Source of the DNA: Chlorokybus atmophyticus
Lineage: Eukaryota > Plantae > Mesostigma and Chlorokybus algae
Reading direction: 5' to 3'
Length of the DNA: 40,803 nucleotides
Assembly: GCA_009103225.1 (NCBI GenBank)
Contig: RHPI01002272.1
Coordinates: 78,905 to 119,707, forward strand
Numbering within the stretch: position 1 is the first letter of the stretch; each line of letters begins with the position of its first letter. Both the position numbers and the translations under genes were made by a program. Below, in pieces: positions 1 through 11,478 of the stretch. The notes below the pieces were generated by a model. That model was not told where the DNA came from. It searched no databases and saw only the letters and a program-made list of their open reading frames with translations.

Positions 1-78
<78 letters not shown>
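1..78. repeat. (CT)n microsatellite
   Basis: Direct read. Confidence 0.99.
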
Positions 79-80
<2 letters not shown>

Positions 81-520
81 CTCAAACTTCTGCACTGCAC
101 GCAGTCTGCCTCTCCACTCCAAACCATGCGCAGCATGCACGTGCGCACGCATGCAGATGCACACATGTTCATTCACTCACACTCCGCCTCTCCTCAACGA
201 CGCGCGCACTGCACTTACGCACGCACGCACAAACTCTGTCTACCAATTCTCTTCCAAGCGCACGCACATGCATGCATGCACGCACACACGCACATTCCAT
301 CACATACAATCTGTCGCTCCTCCTACACACACTCTGTCTACCAACTCTTTCTACAGGAGCATCATAGCACGCACGCACGCACGCACGCACACTCTACTCC
401 GAGAGAGAGATCATGCGTTGCACATATGCATGCCCGCACGCATGCACACTTACAGACACTTGTGTCCTAGGTTGTTACCAACGTCTATGTCTCTTAACAG
501 GCTGCGCATTGCTAAGCAAC

Positions 521-3500
521 ATGCCTGAGGTTCCAGAAGCTACTGCGATAGCGCGCAAGATATGTGACCATCTCACGCCTCAAACCCATATTGTTAGAGC
601 GTACCGGCCGCAACGAGAGAAGCCGGCTGAACAAGGTGGGTTGGCAGCATCATACTTGTCTGCATAATGCCTCCTGCTATTTCTCTTATGCTCAAATGAT
701 GTACATCATTCTTGGTTGCAGGCCAGAGAAGTGGCATTCTGTACGAGGTTACAAAAACCGGATCAGTGGTGAAGCAGCCCGACGTGGCTACCGCACTTGG
801 CTGGCATGGTGACACTGGACCGCGGCTTGTCTTAACTTGTTACAAATCAGCGAAAAGTGTGTATCTGTTGTTTTTGGTCTCCAGTATACAGGCACTCGTT
901 CTTCAAGTGCATCCCGCTACGGGTGGGTGTAATGCACCTGCTGTCTGCGTTGCATTGTCGTTCATCTCGCTAATGATCAGTTGACATAGGTGCTGCACTT
1001 GACACATATGACAATATTGACACCTACCCCTGCGGATATTATGGAGAGCACAATGTATGCTCTCGCATGTCATTGGTGTTGGAGCTGACAAACGCAAAGT
1101 GCAAGTACCTCGTCTTGCTTGACTGCACTGGACACGTCAACATCGCTTTCTGGCAGACACACCACATTAGTTGGCCGCTCTCTCAGACTCCTATGGTGTG
1201 CGGGCGCAAGGTCGATAGGCTGACAGTGCTTGCTCTGCCACAAGTGTTGTCACATCTGGCAAACTGGGGACCTGACATGCAGGTAATCAATAGTGGTGTG
1301 ACAAGAATTGTGGTGTGACAATTGACACCCGTAACGATTGTATGTTGACAGTTGACTGCAATGTGCCCTAAAACCACTATCTGGAACAGGTAGCGAACGA
1401 GGCATGGAGAGAGAATTTGAAGCAGAAACTTTCGGAGCTCAATGCAAAAGAACGAAAGATTCGTTTGCCGCGCTTGTTGTACGACAAAGACCTGTTTGCC
1501 GGCAATGGGCGTAAGAATGTCAGCGAGCAGTTATTCATCATCTATAAGGAGTTCGGGTATGCTCCCCGTTTCTACAGGTTTCACATCAATTGCATGCTTG
1601 CACACGCTTGCAAATATTACCGTATGTATCGTGCATATTCACATTGCTTGTTCCTCATGCAGGCCCTTAGCATGCTGGGCTACAGCTGATGACATTATGT
1701 TGGGCACCTTCTACCGCAATGAGAGACGCTTTGATGTGGACGCCCCCATTGACATTATCACTCAGTGGCTTTACGATTCAAAGGAGTTCAGCAATTTCAC
1801 AACCGCAACGCACAGTTTCCCTGACGAACAAAAGTAAGCTTGCGCTAGTGGAGTTCTTACTACATTATCCATTTCACATTGAACATACTGTTAGTATGAT
1901 GCGGGTATTGCAGGTTCAATCGAGAATTCTTATTCTGCCATCGAACTGAAGAGAACGACGACTTCACGAACATTACATATGGGAAAACGGTGCGCTTGAC
2001 ATTCCATTACCCACGGTTTGTCGAATGCACTTTGAATGTCTCATTGATGCTTGCATGTATTACCGCACTTGTTGACATAGAAAGAGCTCAGTATTAACTT
2101 TCATACAGGTTGACACTAAGAATACCGGCATGAGAGTGCATAAAGATGTTTGTCGCGCCGTGTCTTCCATTGAAACCCAAGAGACGCGGCTTACATCGGG
2201 TACATTATCAAGAACCGANNNNNNNNNNNNNNNNNNNNNNNNNNNNNNNNNNNNNNNNNNNNNNNNNNNNNNNNNNNNNNNNNNNNNNNNNNNNNNNNNN
2301 NNNNNNNNNNNNNNNNNNNNNNNNNNNNNNNNNNNNNNNNNNNNNNNNNNNNNNNNNNNNNNNNNNNNNNNNNNNNNNNNNNNNNNNNNNNNNNNNNNNN
2401 NNNNNNNNNNNNNNNNNNNNNNNNNNNNNNNNNNNNNNNNNNNNNNNNNNNNNNNNNNNNNNNNNNNNNNNNNNNNNNNNNNNNNNNNNNNNNNNNNNNN
2501 NNNNNNNNNNNNNNNNNNNNNNNNNNNNNNNNNNNNNNNNNNNNNNNNNNNNNNNNNNNNNNNNNNNNNNNNNNNNNNNNNNNNNNNNNNNNNNNNNNNN
2601 NNNNNNNNNNNNNNNNNNNNNNNNNNNNNNNNNNNNNNNNNNNNNNNNNNNNNNNNNNNNNNNNNNNNNNNNNNNNNNNNNNNNNNNNNNNNNNNNNNNN
2701 NNNNNNNNNNNNNNNNNNNNNNNNNNNNNNNNNNNNNNNNNNNNNNNNNNNNNNNNCTCCCTCCCTCCCTCCCTCCCTCCCTCCCTGCACCGGTTGATGC
2801 GCAGGTCCATTCTCGTGGCACAGCAAAGCCACTTTTGTGCACCTAGCAGCGGCTAATGCGCTTGTGTGGGGGACGGATCAGAAAAGCATCGTTGAAAAGA
2901 AGGACGACGCGACGCGCAACATATCCTGCTACTGCAAAAGAGAATTGGCCGAGGAGTATGCACGACAGCTGAGCCCAGACCGTGTTTCTGGTGTGCATGG
3001 ACTTGATCGCCTACCGCCACCTGAGGTAAACAATACAGTACACATGCCCTTACACTTGCAAGCGGAACGAAGGCCTTTACACTTCTTAAACGCATGCAGA
3101 GGACAGAAACGGTCGGTAGCCCGAGCTTGAAAGGCGCAAAAAATAAGGCCAAGAACGATGCGCGCACAGTGGTACGCACTCATCAACACATGCATTCGCA
3201 ACCACTTGATTTGTCGCACGCGCGTGTGCGCACGCACATGCGCGCGTGCGTGCACCTGTATAAACACACGTGCTTGTCCACCTAAGCAGAAGACAGAAAC
3301 CGATGGTACGAGCTCGACAAGAGCCAAAAACAAGGCCAAGAAAGCTGCGCGCACAGTGGTACGCACTCATCAACACACATGCACGCGCAACCACTTAAGT
3401 TGTTGCACGGGCGTGTGCGCACACACATGCGCGCGTGCGTGCACTCGTTTAGACACACGTGCTTGTCCACCTAAGTACTCCACCTACTTGAGGGGCAAGT

Positions 3501-4425
3501 TAATAAGCAACAGCTGGTGCAAGCACTCAGGCGAATGCAGCTAAGCGTAGTGTGGTACGCACCTGTAAGCACGCATACACACGTACAAGCATGCACACAT
3601 TAACGCACGCCGACATAGTTGAGCACGTGCTGCGCGTGCACTTCTGTGATTAGCAGCATCGCACGCAGGCACTGACACCTTATCAAATTCTGCAGATGGT
3701 CAAGGCCGTCAGCAAGAGCGCTACAGGGAAGGCCAAGGCGGCTCGTCCATTGGTACGCACTCGTATGCCCACGCAACCACTTCTGTTACCGCACGCATGT
3801 GTGCACACGCGGTCAGATCCGTCAGTTAGGAGTGCACACACACTGTGTGTGGCATGCTTGCATGCACACACAAGCGGTCAAACTGTGCACGCAAGCGTGC
3901 GCACGCCAAAACTCACTCATAATGAAAAGGTGTGCACATGTGCATGCAAGCACGCACAACCACTTAAATTGGCACCTTAGCAGGCGTCAACCATTCGCAA
4001 GTCATCTGGCAAAGGCACCCGAGCAACAAGATCTACCACAAGAGCTGAGGCGTCAAATTCCACTACCACTAGCGAGCTGGTTGCCGCTACGGCACAAGCA
4101 GTTAGCCAATCCAATGAGGATGACGCAGCCCCGGCGGCAACGACGACTGTGACAGCAGCGGTACAAGCGGCAAAAGTAAAGGCAGGCAACCTCGCAAACC
4201 TTGTCCAGTGCATCAAATGCCGTCATTGGGTTCATGGCGATTGCTGGAATCTCAGACCCATCAATGGTGAAGGTAAGTGTTATGATAGCTACTGTTGTCG
4301 TACGCTATCCGTCCCATGCTGTACATAACATTACGTGCAACAGGTGCCGATTTCAATTGTCTGATAGTCGACACATGGGAGAAGCGTAACTTTGTATGTG
4401 GGAGAACCAAAGAATGCAACTTGAA
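521..4425 (+). CDS. Fpg/Nei-family DNA glycosylase-like gene with Lys-rich repeats and PHD/CW-like Cys/His motif (left copy; open where visible, interrupted by the N gap, 3' end uncertain)
   Basis: Exons 521-635, 722-808, 990-1282, 1390-1577, 1663-1833, 1914-1989, 2109-gap and further exons to 4425 or beyond are phase-consistent. Motifs: N-terminal MPE(V/G)PE, ALGWHG, SLVLELT..YLVLLD, LANWGPD, and H2TH-like RLLYDKDLFAGNGRKNVSEQLF. Later: VQCIKCRHWVHGDC...FNC. Confidence 0.68.
2219..2756. other. Assembly gap (N)
   Basis: Run of n. Confidence 1.
3090..3760 (+). repeat. Tandem exon-plus-intron repeat (about 190-bp period) encoding Lys/Ala-rich peptides
   Basis: cag|...AAGGCCAAG...GTG|gtacgcac recurs near 3099, 3289, about 3500 (degenerate) and 3696. 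Confidence 0.8.
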
Positions 4426-5886
4426 GGTGATGGTTGTTGTGGTCCTCCCACTTGGCTGTATCTGTACTACCACGCACATAACATGTGTTGGGGTGTAGCG
4501 CATTCTCCTAATTATGTTACGTAACTGTTTCAACACGATTAGAGTTTGTTATGCGGCACAACCAAACTTGCTTGACACTCGTGAGTTTGCCGTTCAGAAA
4601 AACGAGGCATGTTCAACGTCGCTATTGGCTACGTGTCAAGTCGACAAGCACAGGAACGCAATGCAAGCGATGGTATGCTATACGCACGCGCGCATGCACA
4701 CACGCACGAGGAAGATAGCATGCAATAACGGTGGTATTGCATTGTGCGCAGGGGCAGGAGGTGCTTGCGTCTACGAGTGCACAGGTTGCAGGCAGTGACC
4801 AGGCAAAGCAAGTGCGTCACGTTTGCATTAAGTCAAGGTGGTTGCATTGAATGCATTGAATGATGTTCAAAGTGAGTACACTGCAGAACAAGCGGAAGAG
4901 AGAAAGGCACTGGATTGCTAGACGCCGCGCTGATATTGAGAGGGGTGGATATGGTGTCGGTGTTAAGGTATGTGTATTGCAATGCAACAGGTATGCATAC
5001 GTCGATTAGCAAGGAGGTTCCTGAAGCTTTGCCATACCCAGCTGCCAAAGACCAAGCGCAAGAAAGGTGAGGTGCTGCGTCGAGAGAAGGTTATTCGCGA
5101 CCTTCAAGATGCCGCATTACGGCAGTAGGGCATGCACCTGCATTGCAGCTCCGGTTGAGCGCCATTTCCAGGCTCCCACTAAGGCTGCCTCGCGCAAACT
5201 GCTTGCATTCCCAACACTTGTGCTACGCGCTCGCGCACCGGGGTATTGTCAGCAGATAGCACAAGGTGTCCTCCAACAGCAAGAAGCATATGGGCAGGTG
5301 ACTACCACTTGTAACACATGCCCACCTGCTGTTTGATCTCCTTGCTTGGTAAGGTTGGCTGCCCTCTGCGACAAATAGTCGGTCTTGTGCCAGGGCAGAA
5401 ACTGAAGACGACCTTGACCTGCCTAAGTTGAGCCTGCAATGCACGTGATTGTTCGTGCCAATCAGTTCCACCATGTCGTTGTCGACCAGTAGGTTGCAGG
5501 GATTCACTGACTTTGTCTTTGAGCCGCGAGCTGCTCCGGCTTTTCCCTTGGTGGAGCAGCAGCAGATCCCTCCAAACACTGTGTGCAGCCTGTTTCTCAC
5601 ACTAGCCACATAGAGTTACTCTCAACTGCAATACGGGTCGCCCTTCAACCGGTTTCCGTCACCCTCCCGCCCACAAGTGTTGTGCCACAATATCTGTGGG
5701 CGGGAGGGATCCCGAAAGCAACGGTTGCTTCCCTGTTCATGCCAGGCTGGGGCCTCGATGGCGAGGAGGTGCTGCTGGAACCAGAACTGTAATCAAAGTC
5801 CACTTGATACAGCAGAAGTACACTCGCCTTACTCCTTGTTCGCAAGCAAGGTGGTGCGGGTGGCGAGGGGATGTCCTTGCCTGATT

Positions 5887-7134
5887 TCACGGGTTTTGCG
5901 GGGACTTGTCCACCAGACCTGTGCAGGCCGATCCCATCCTTGATAATGCGCGGCTAGGTGGTCGCGCTCGGAGTGTTGCAGCAAGCTGCACTCTTTGACC
6001 ACCATGCTGCAGCGCTTTTGACACAGCCAACCCAAGCATGTCAGAGTCCTTGTGCAGTCTTATGCATGCTACACCAGTCTCAAGCGCCATATTTTGATAT
6101 ACATCGCATTGTTGCAATCGCCGCCGCCGACCTGACATAACGCTCTCCATATCTTTCGCATAATGGTTGTAATAGTCACAGACAAAATGGCAACCGGCAC
6201 AGAATTTGCTATATTTACAGGCGCTATGACACAGAACATTACTCAAAGCCTATGACTGATTACGCGGGCGCCTATTACTCATGTCTGTCCCGGAGGGCCT
6301 ATGCCTCACCGTACTTGCTCTGCATACGCACGACGCCAGTGGTTGAGGGCCATCACGCTGTCGGGGTCGTTGAGCCCCAGCTCCGCTTGCATGTCAGTTT
6401 TTGTAGCAGAGCGTATGTGCGTAAGCACGTGCTTGTAGTCTTGCCGTGATCAGCGCATGTATGTGCAAGTTGGTTTGTGCCAGGTACAGTACATATGTCA
6501 GTCAGTCTATAGTATGTGTTGACGTATCTGCATATGCATGAATTTGTGTATCTGTGTATGCCAGTTAGAACAGCTGTGCGGATCGTGCATGTTTGTCGGG
6601 CTCTTACCCTGATAATGTTAGAGGCAACCATATCCGGCAGCGCCAATATGCCTCACCCCCTACATCTTTGGTGCACATAACAGTGATACAACGGAAGAAT
6701 TGGACATTTGGCATTGGCGGGAATACTGGCAACGACGCCAAGCCGCTGTACTTGCTTCCGTTCTGCTCCTGCTAATGCTGCAAGTCCATTGGCAGATCTG
6801 ACGTTCAAGCACACTTGTTGTGTCCTCTTCCTCCTCCTCCTCTTCCTCCTGCTGCTGCAGCAGAACAGCAACAACCGCAGGAGCCAACTTACTGATAGGG
6901 TTCGACAGCGCCGCCAAGCCGGAGCACCCTGTTCGATCCTGCGTCTCTAGAGCAGTAAGCTCGCCAAAGGACTCCGGCAGCGCCGCCAAGCTGCCGCACC
7001 CGCTCAGGTCCAGCTTTTGCATAGCAGGAAGATTGATCAAGGATCCTGGCAGCACCGCCAAATTGTCGCACTGGCTGAGGTCCAGCTCTTGCAGAACAGC
7101 GAGCTTGCCGAAGAACTCTGGCAGCGCCACCAGC
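5887..7134 (-). pseudogene. 5'-truncated LRR - EP-like fragment (left arm, frameshifted)
   Basis: Inverted copy of 19931-21179 with a 1-bp loss near 6390 (KLTCKRSW vs KLTREAEL). Confidence 0.68.
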
Positions 7135-8977
7135 CTGCAGGCCGTGTGTCTTTTCATGCATGCCAAGCAACAACAGGGTGCTCACCCTTTCTACCTGTAG
7201 GTCAGGCAGAGGAGGCCTGTGTGACAACGGTGCTGTCAGACAGTGTGTGACAAAATAAGGGGCAAAACATCACCACCAATCTTGGCGTCTCATCAATGGT
7301 TTCACACAGCGACCGAAGGGGAATCCCCTGAGTATTACTCAGTACCACTCCGCCACTACGCCTCGTCTCTCCCACCATTTTGTGTACAAGAAGACCCTTG
7401 CACAGATGTAGGCAGTAGCTGTTTAGTGAGAGAGGCAGCCTGTCACATAAGCGGCTGTGCACCGTCCCTCTCGCGCTCTGCTGTGCGTGCGCGCGCATGC
7501 GCATGTATGCGTGTGCTTGCTTGTGCACACATGCAATCTTTGAGATAATCACCTTGATTGACCCTCCCTCTCTGCGCAAGCAAGTGCAGACTCTCACGAC
7601 AGTGCTGCACGTGTGCTTGTATGCGTGTGTGAAACACTGACTCGCACTTCTCCATACCTTTCAACACGACGTACACCATTGTCAAGACGGTGGTACAACC
7701 CCGTTCGCAACGTCCCTGAGCCGCAGGTGAAGGAGGTCCACAAATCGGTGTGACAACCGTCCCGTGGCCGTTATCTACACCAAGCTCCGCACCAACAGTA
7801 GCAACGGTCCCACGCGGGGAGGCCCACATCACCACTGCCACCTGTTGACAGTACATAACACCTGTCCCCAGCTGCCAGCTGCTACCAGTGGTGGCGCTGG
7901 GCAGCAGCAACAACATCCAGGCGAAGAAAGTTCGGTATCAACTGCCTGGGTGGGGTGGGGAGGGGGCATGCCGAGCTTCGGCTGAACCGTTGCGGCAAGG
8001 TAAGATCTGCGCCTACTTCTTCCTCGTCGACCGCAATGAAAGACTGCTACGCCATCCGACGCAAGGTAAACCCAAGGTAAACAATCACCCGTGTCTGTGC
8101 GTGCGCACACGCACGTGCATGTGTATGTCTCTGTCTCTGTGTGGCCTACAATTTACCAGCAGCTAATACCAGTCACACTGGTGCAGTGGCGGTCTCTGTA
8201 ACTATCACACACAAAAGATACCCACCAAATCGTGTTAACCATTGTGTTTGTTGGATAGTCGGAATACACATCATTATGATGAGCGTGCCACCCCTGTGGC
8301 TACCAACAGTTGTCCGCGCGTCAGCTGTTTGTGGTTGCCATATCAGACAGATAGACGGTTGAGACAACTAGTATCTGCATGTAAAGCAAGTGCAAACCTG
8401 CAGGTCACAAGCTGGCAACAACAACAATAACAACAAAGTGTAGAACATGTCAATACATGTCATGCTGAGCTGGCTGAGTCAGGACTCACAATGCAAGCAC
8501 AACGACAATGACAACGACGAACAAGTTACTGCCTCAGCCATCCGTCCATCCACCTCATCTTTCTCATCACCAACATTGCCACCATGTACCTGTGGCCTGC
8601 CCCAACTCCGCGGTCCTCGTCGATGCCGCACGCCCCTCGCCCACGTCTACGTCATCCGGCATGAGAATGAGAAAGCGTGCAGCTACAGCCCCGGTTTTAC
8701 AACCTGCACACGTGACACAATATGTGTTGTGTGTCATTTATGTGTCACCCAAATATGCACGAAAGTTTACAGATTGTGTAGGTAACAGGCACACATACAC
8801 GCACAGTGTGCACTGGATGCGCTGAGTAGAAGAGACTCCCATAGAGTACCAACGCCGCGATTATGTGAAGGTAGTGGGTACGAGTGCAAGACAACCAGTC
8901 CAGGTTGACCAGTGACGATTAGATGTATCGCAAGCCACAAGCGCCTATGATTTACTGTCAGCCATGCCGTGCGCATG

Positions 8978-9346
8978 CAGGCTGGTGCACTTGTCTGTGT
9001 GAGAGCGCGCATGATCGGCATCACATCGCTGGCAAAGGGGCGGCTGTACTTGACTGTGGAGTACACCAAGATGGGCCGGCTGGATGCGTATGGGTTGGGC
9101 AATGTGGTGTGGACGCTCTCTGCCTATGACGGCGAGCTGGAGGCGGATTGCGTCCCCATCCCTATCGACAGGTCCTTTGTTTGCACCAACGCACCAACGG
9201 CGGACAGTCCTTTTCTGTCAGATTTCCTCTGGCTTTTTCACTCACAACTGACTATGTCTACGGCACCGGTGAGGAGTACATCACCAACAATGGCGTCGCC
9301 TAATGCAACTGCCCATGCCCGTCCTCTTCCGCTGCGCCTTCAGTGA
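8978..9346 (+). CDS. Unidentified coding-like exon, weakly XRN 5'-3' exoribonuclease-like
   Basis: Open and non-repetitive: YGLGNVVWTLSAYDG...P...PFLSDF loosely resembles XRN YxEGLxWVLxYYxxG...P...APFASDF. Confidence 0.3.
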   Translation, partial: QAGALVCVRARMIGITSLAKGRLYLTVEYTKMGRLDAYGLGNVVWTLSAYDGELEADCVPIPIDRSFVCTNAPTADSPFLSDFLWLFHSQLTMSTAPVRSTSPTMASPNATAHARPLPLRLQ

Positions 9347-10191
9347 TACCACACTGAAGGCAGCAGCCGCCTTGTAAGCAGCCGCCATGCGTACTCCCGG
9401 TATGTGTCGTACTTGGTTACACTCTCACAACATGAACAATGACAAGCTTGTACACACGTGCCGGCGCGTGTCCGTGCGCGCGCACATATCCATGGCTGCA
9501 TGTGCGTGGATGCGCACGCGCAGGAACGCACACACATGCTCACATGTCAATGTGCAGGCATATGGACAACAGGTTGAAGGTCCCTGAGAAGCTGCGGCTT
9601 CTTGGCGTCCCACGAGCGGCTGGCGGTGTACGAGGACCGCGTCGTGGGCGGTGGGCGACCGCATGGCCGCCAACAACCCGCGGAGAGCCATCATCACCTG
9701 CGGAGGGGGGGACTGTGCATGCACATGCGCACCAGCCTACGTCCTTCGGGCATTTTCGCCCATCCTCAACACTTTCCAGGTCGTAAGTGAGTCCCGCACG
9801 CGCATACATACACGTATATAATGCTATTATAACCGTCATATAACAGTCATGTACATAAGCCACAACTCATACACACTAGTAATGCACCACCTCGGCTCAT
9901 AAACGCTCAGCGCATATGTGGCATGAGTACCTCACAACCACATACGATTGCCTGTCAAGTTGCGGTCCAGCAATGCTACTTCTTTTGTTGCTCACTTATA
10001 CATCCCCTGCGCTACTACTGCAGCCCACCTGATCCAACGGGTGTATGTGACGACAACGGTTTGTTCTACTTGTACTTGGATCGAAGAAAGGATGGTTGTC
10101 AGGCTTTGCAGCTAACTGAGTGCAAGTTAGACCAGATATTCTATTGAATCAGTGGTTTACGCTGAAGCGGTGCAAGGAGTTCAATTGTATG

Positions 10192-10408
<217 letters not shown>

Positions 10409-10841
10409 AAGATGCTGTAGAGCAGCGCTNACAATCACGCATGCGCGCACGCAGGTAGCTTAAACATACACTCGCGCGCGCACACAGCTGCGACCACCAA
10501 TGCCCGCATGGCACGCAGCCACGCACCTCTTCAGGCATGCATGTCCACACGTACATGCACACAAAGAGAGCCACACAGTGTTGCACACATGCAGGTATAT
10601 GCTCAGGTCTCGAGTATGAGCACATCATGTCAGTGCACATTTTCTGCACATGTTTAGACGCATTCAGACATAAACATACATATACATGCAGACTCAAGTG
10701 GACACATATGCAGGCTCGAAGTTCCCGCGTTCGATATACTACAACCTGCAGTTTAATTACCTAAAGCTTATACAAAGTCCCTTTCGTCTCTTGACAAGGT
10801 GGAGTACACCTTGTCAAAAGGCGAGAGGAAGGCACCGCAAC

Positions 10842-11478
10842 TCATGAGTTCCCCTCTATGGCATTCATTTCGTCCAATGCACGTTGTGTTGAAGACGGTG
10901 CAGCAGTTTTGTTATGTTTCTCATACTGAAGCTCCAAGAACGTGTAGTACTCTGGCCGATTTTCCGCCTCAAGGTAATGTCGATTGCCAATAGGCCACTG
11001 CTTCCACAGCTCGAGCCGGTAGTAGTTGGCAATGTCAATGGGCTCAACCATGAGTCGCATCGTGTTGCCTCTCACCAACCAGTCACTGGACTCGCTGAAA
11101 AAATAGGCAGGCAACATGCCATCCATGTACCACTTGTATGCTATACGCCAGAAGTCCCGTGTAACCCTGTTAGGTTGGTGGAGAGGTCATAACAGTACCG
11201 AGCAAGCATTCAATTGCACTAATCTTAAGCTGCAATGCATGTCGGCGGACCTGCGTGCACGGTCGACCCTCCACAAGCGCTCTGCTTGCGGGCTGCCATC
11301 ACTGCCACTGCCACGATATGCTCTGAAGTCGGCGTAGCAGTCTGCCGAGGTCAGCATAAAGGCTTGTATTGTGTCCATGGCGTCTTGTACCTCATTGCGC
11401 CACATGTTAGCAAACTTTGTTTCATGGCTCCGCTGCGCGGCAATACGCGATTCGACCACTCTCCGTGGCTGCAAAGCG
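10842..11478 (-). CDS. EDS1/PAD4/SAG101-type EP domain (2 exons) of NLR1
   Basis: Spliced sequence AMDTIQAF...CYADFRAY...RARR|VTRDFWRIAYKWYMDGMLPAYFF...WLVRGNTMRLMVEPIDIANYYR...HYLEAENRPEYY matches the EP consensus order (YYDxF ... R..L..FW ... LP..F ... W ... YRxLVEPLDIAxYYR ... Y ... RP.RY). Confidence 0.88.

Larger units (their letters stand above)
1..8950 (+). repeat. Left arm of large inverted segmental duplication
   Basis: Collinear reverse-complement match to about 18972-26250 (e.g. 79-130 vs 26140-26190; 2786-2850 vs 23795-23860; 8820-8950 vs 18975-19110). About 7840-8680 is present only in this arm. Confidence 0.93.

Noticed and set aside
126-528. His/Thr/Ala/Arg-rich ORFs (HARTHAH type)
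   Set aside because: Intronic CA/GC low-complexity sequence. Similar ORFs throughout the window were dismissed for the same reason.
1369-1371. Apparent in-frame TAA in the left Fpg/Nei-like gene
   Set aside because: It falls in the intron if the phase-matched acceptor at 1389 is used; not evidence of pseudogenisation.
2060-2856. Long ORFs of 200-260 aa
   Set aside because: They are long only because they run through the N gap.
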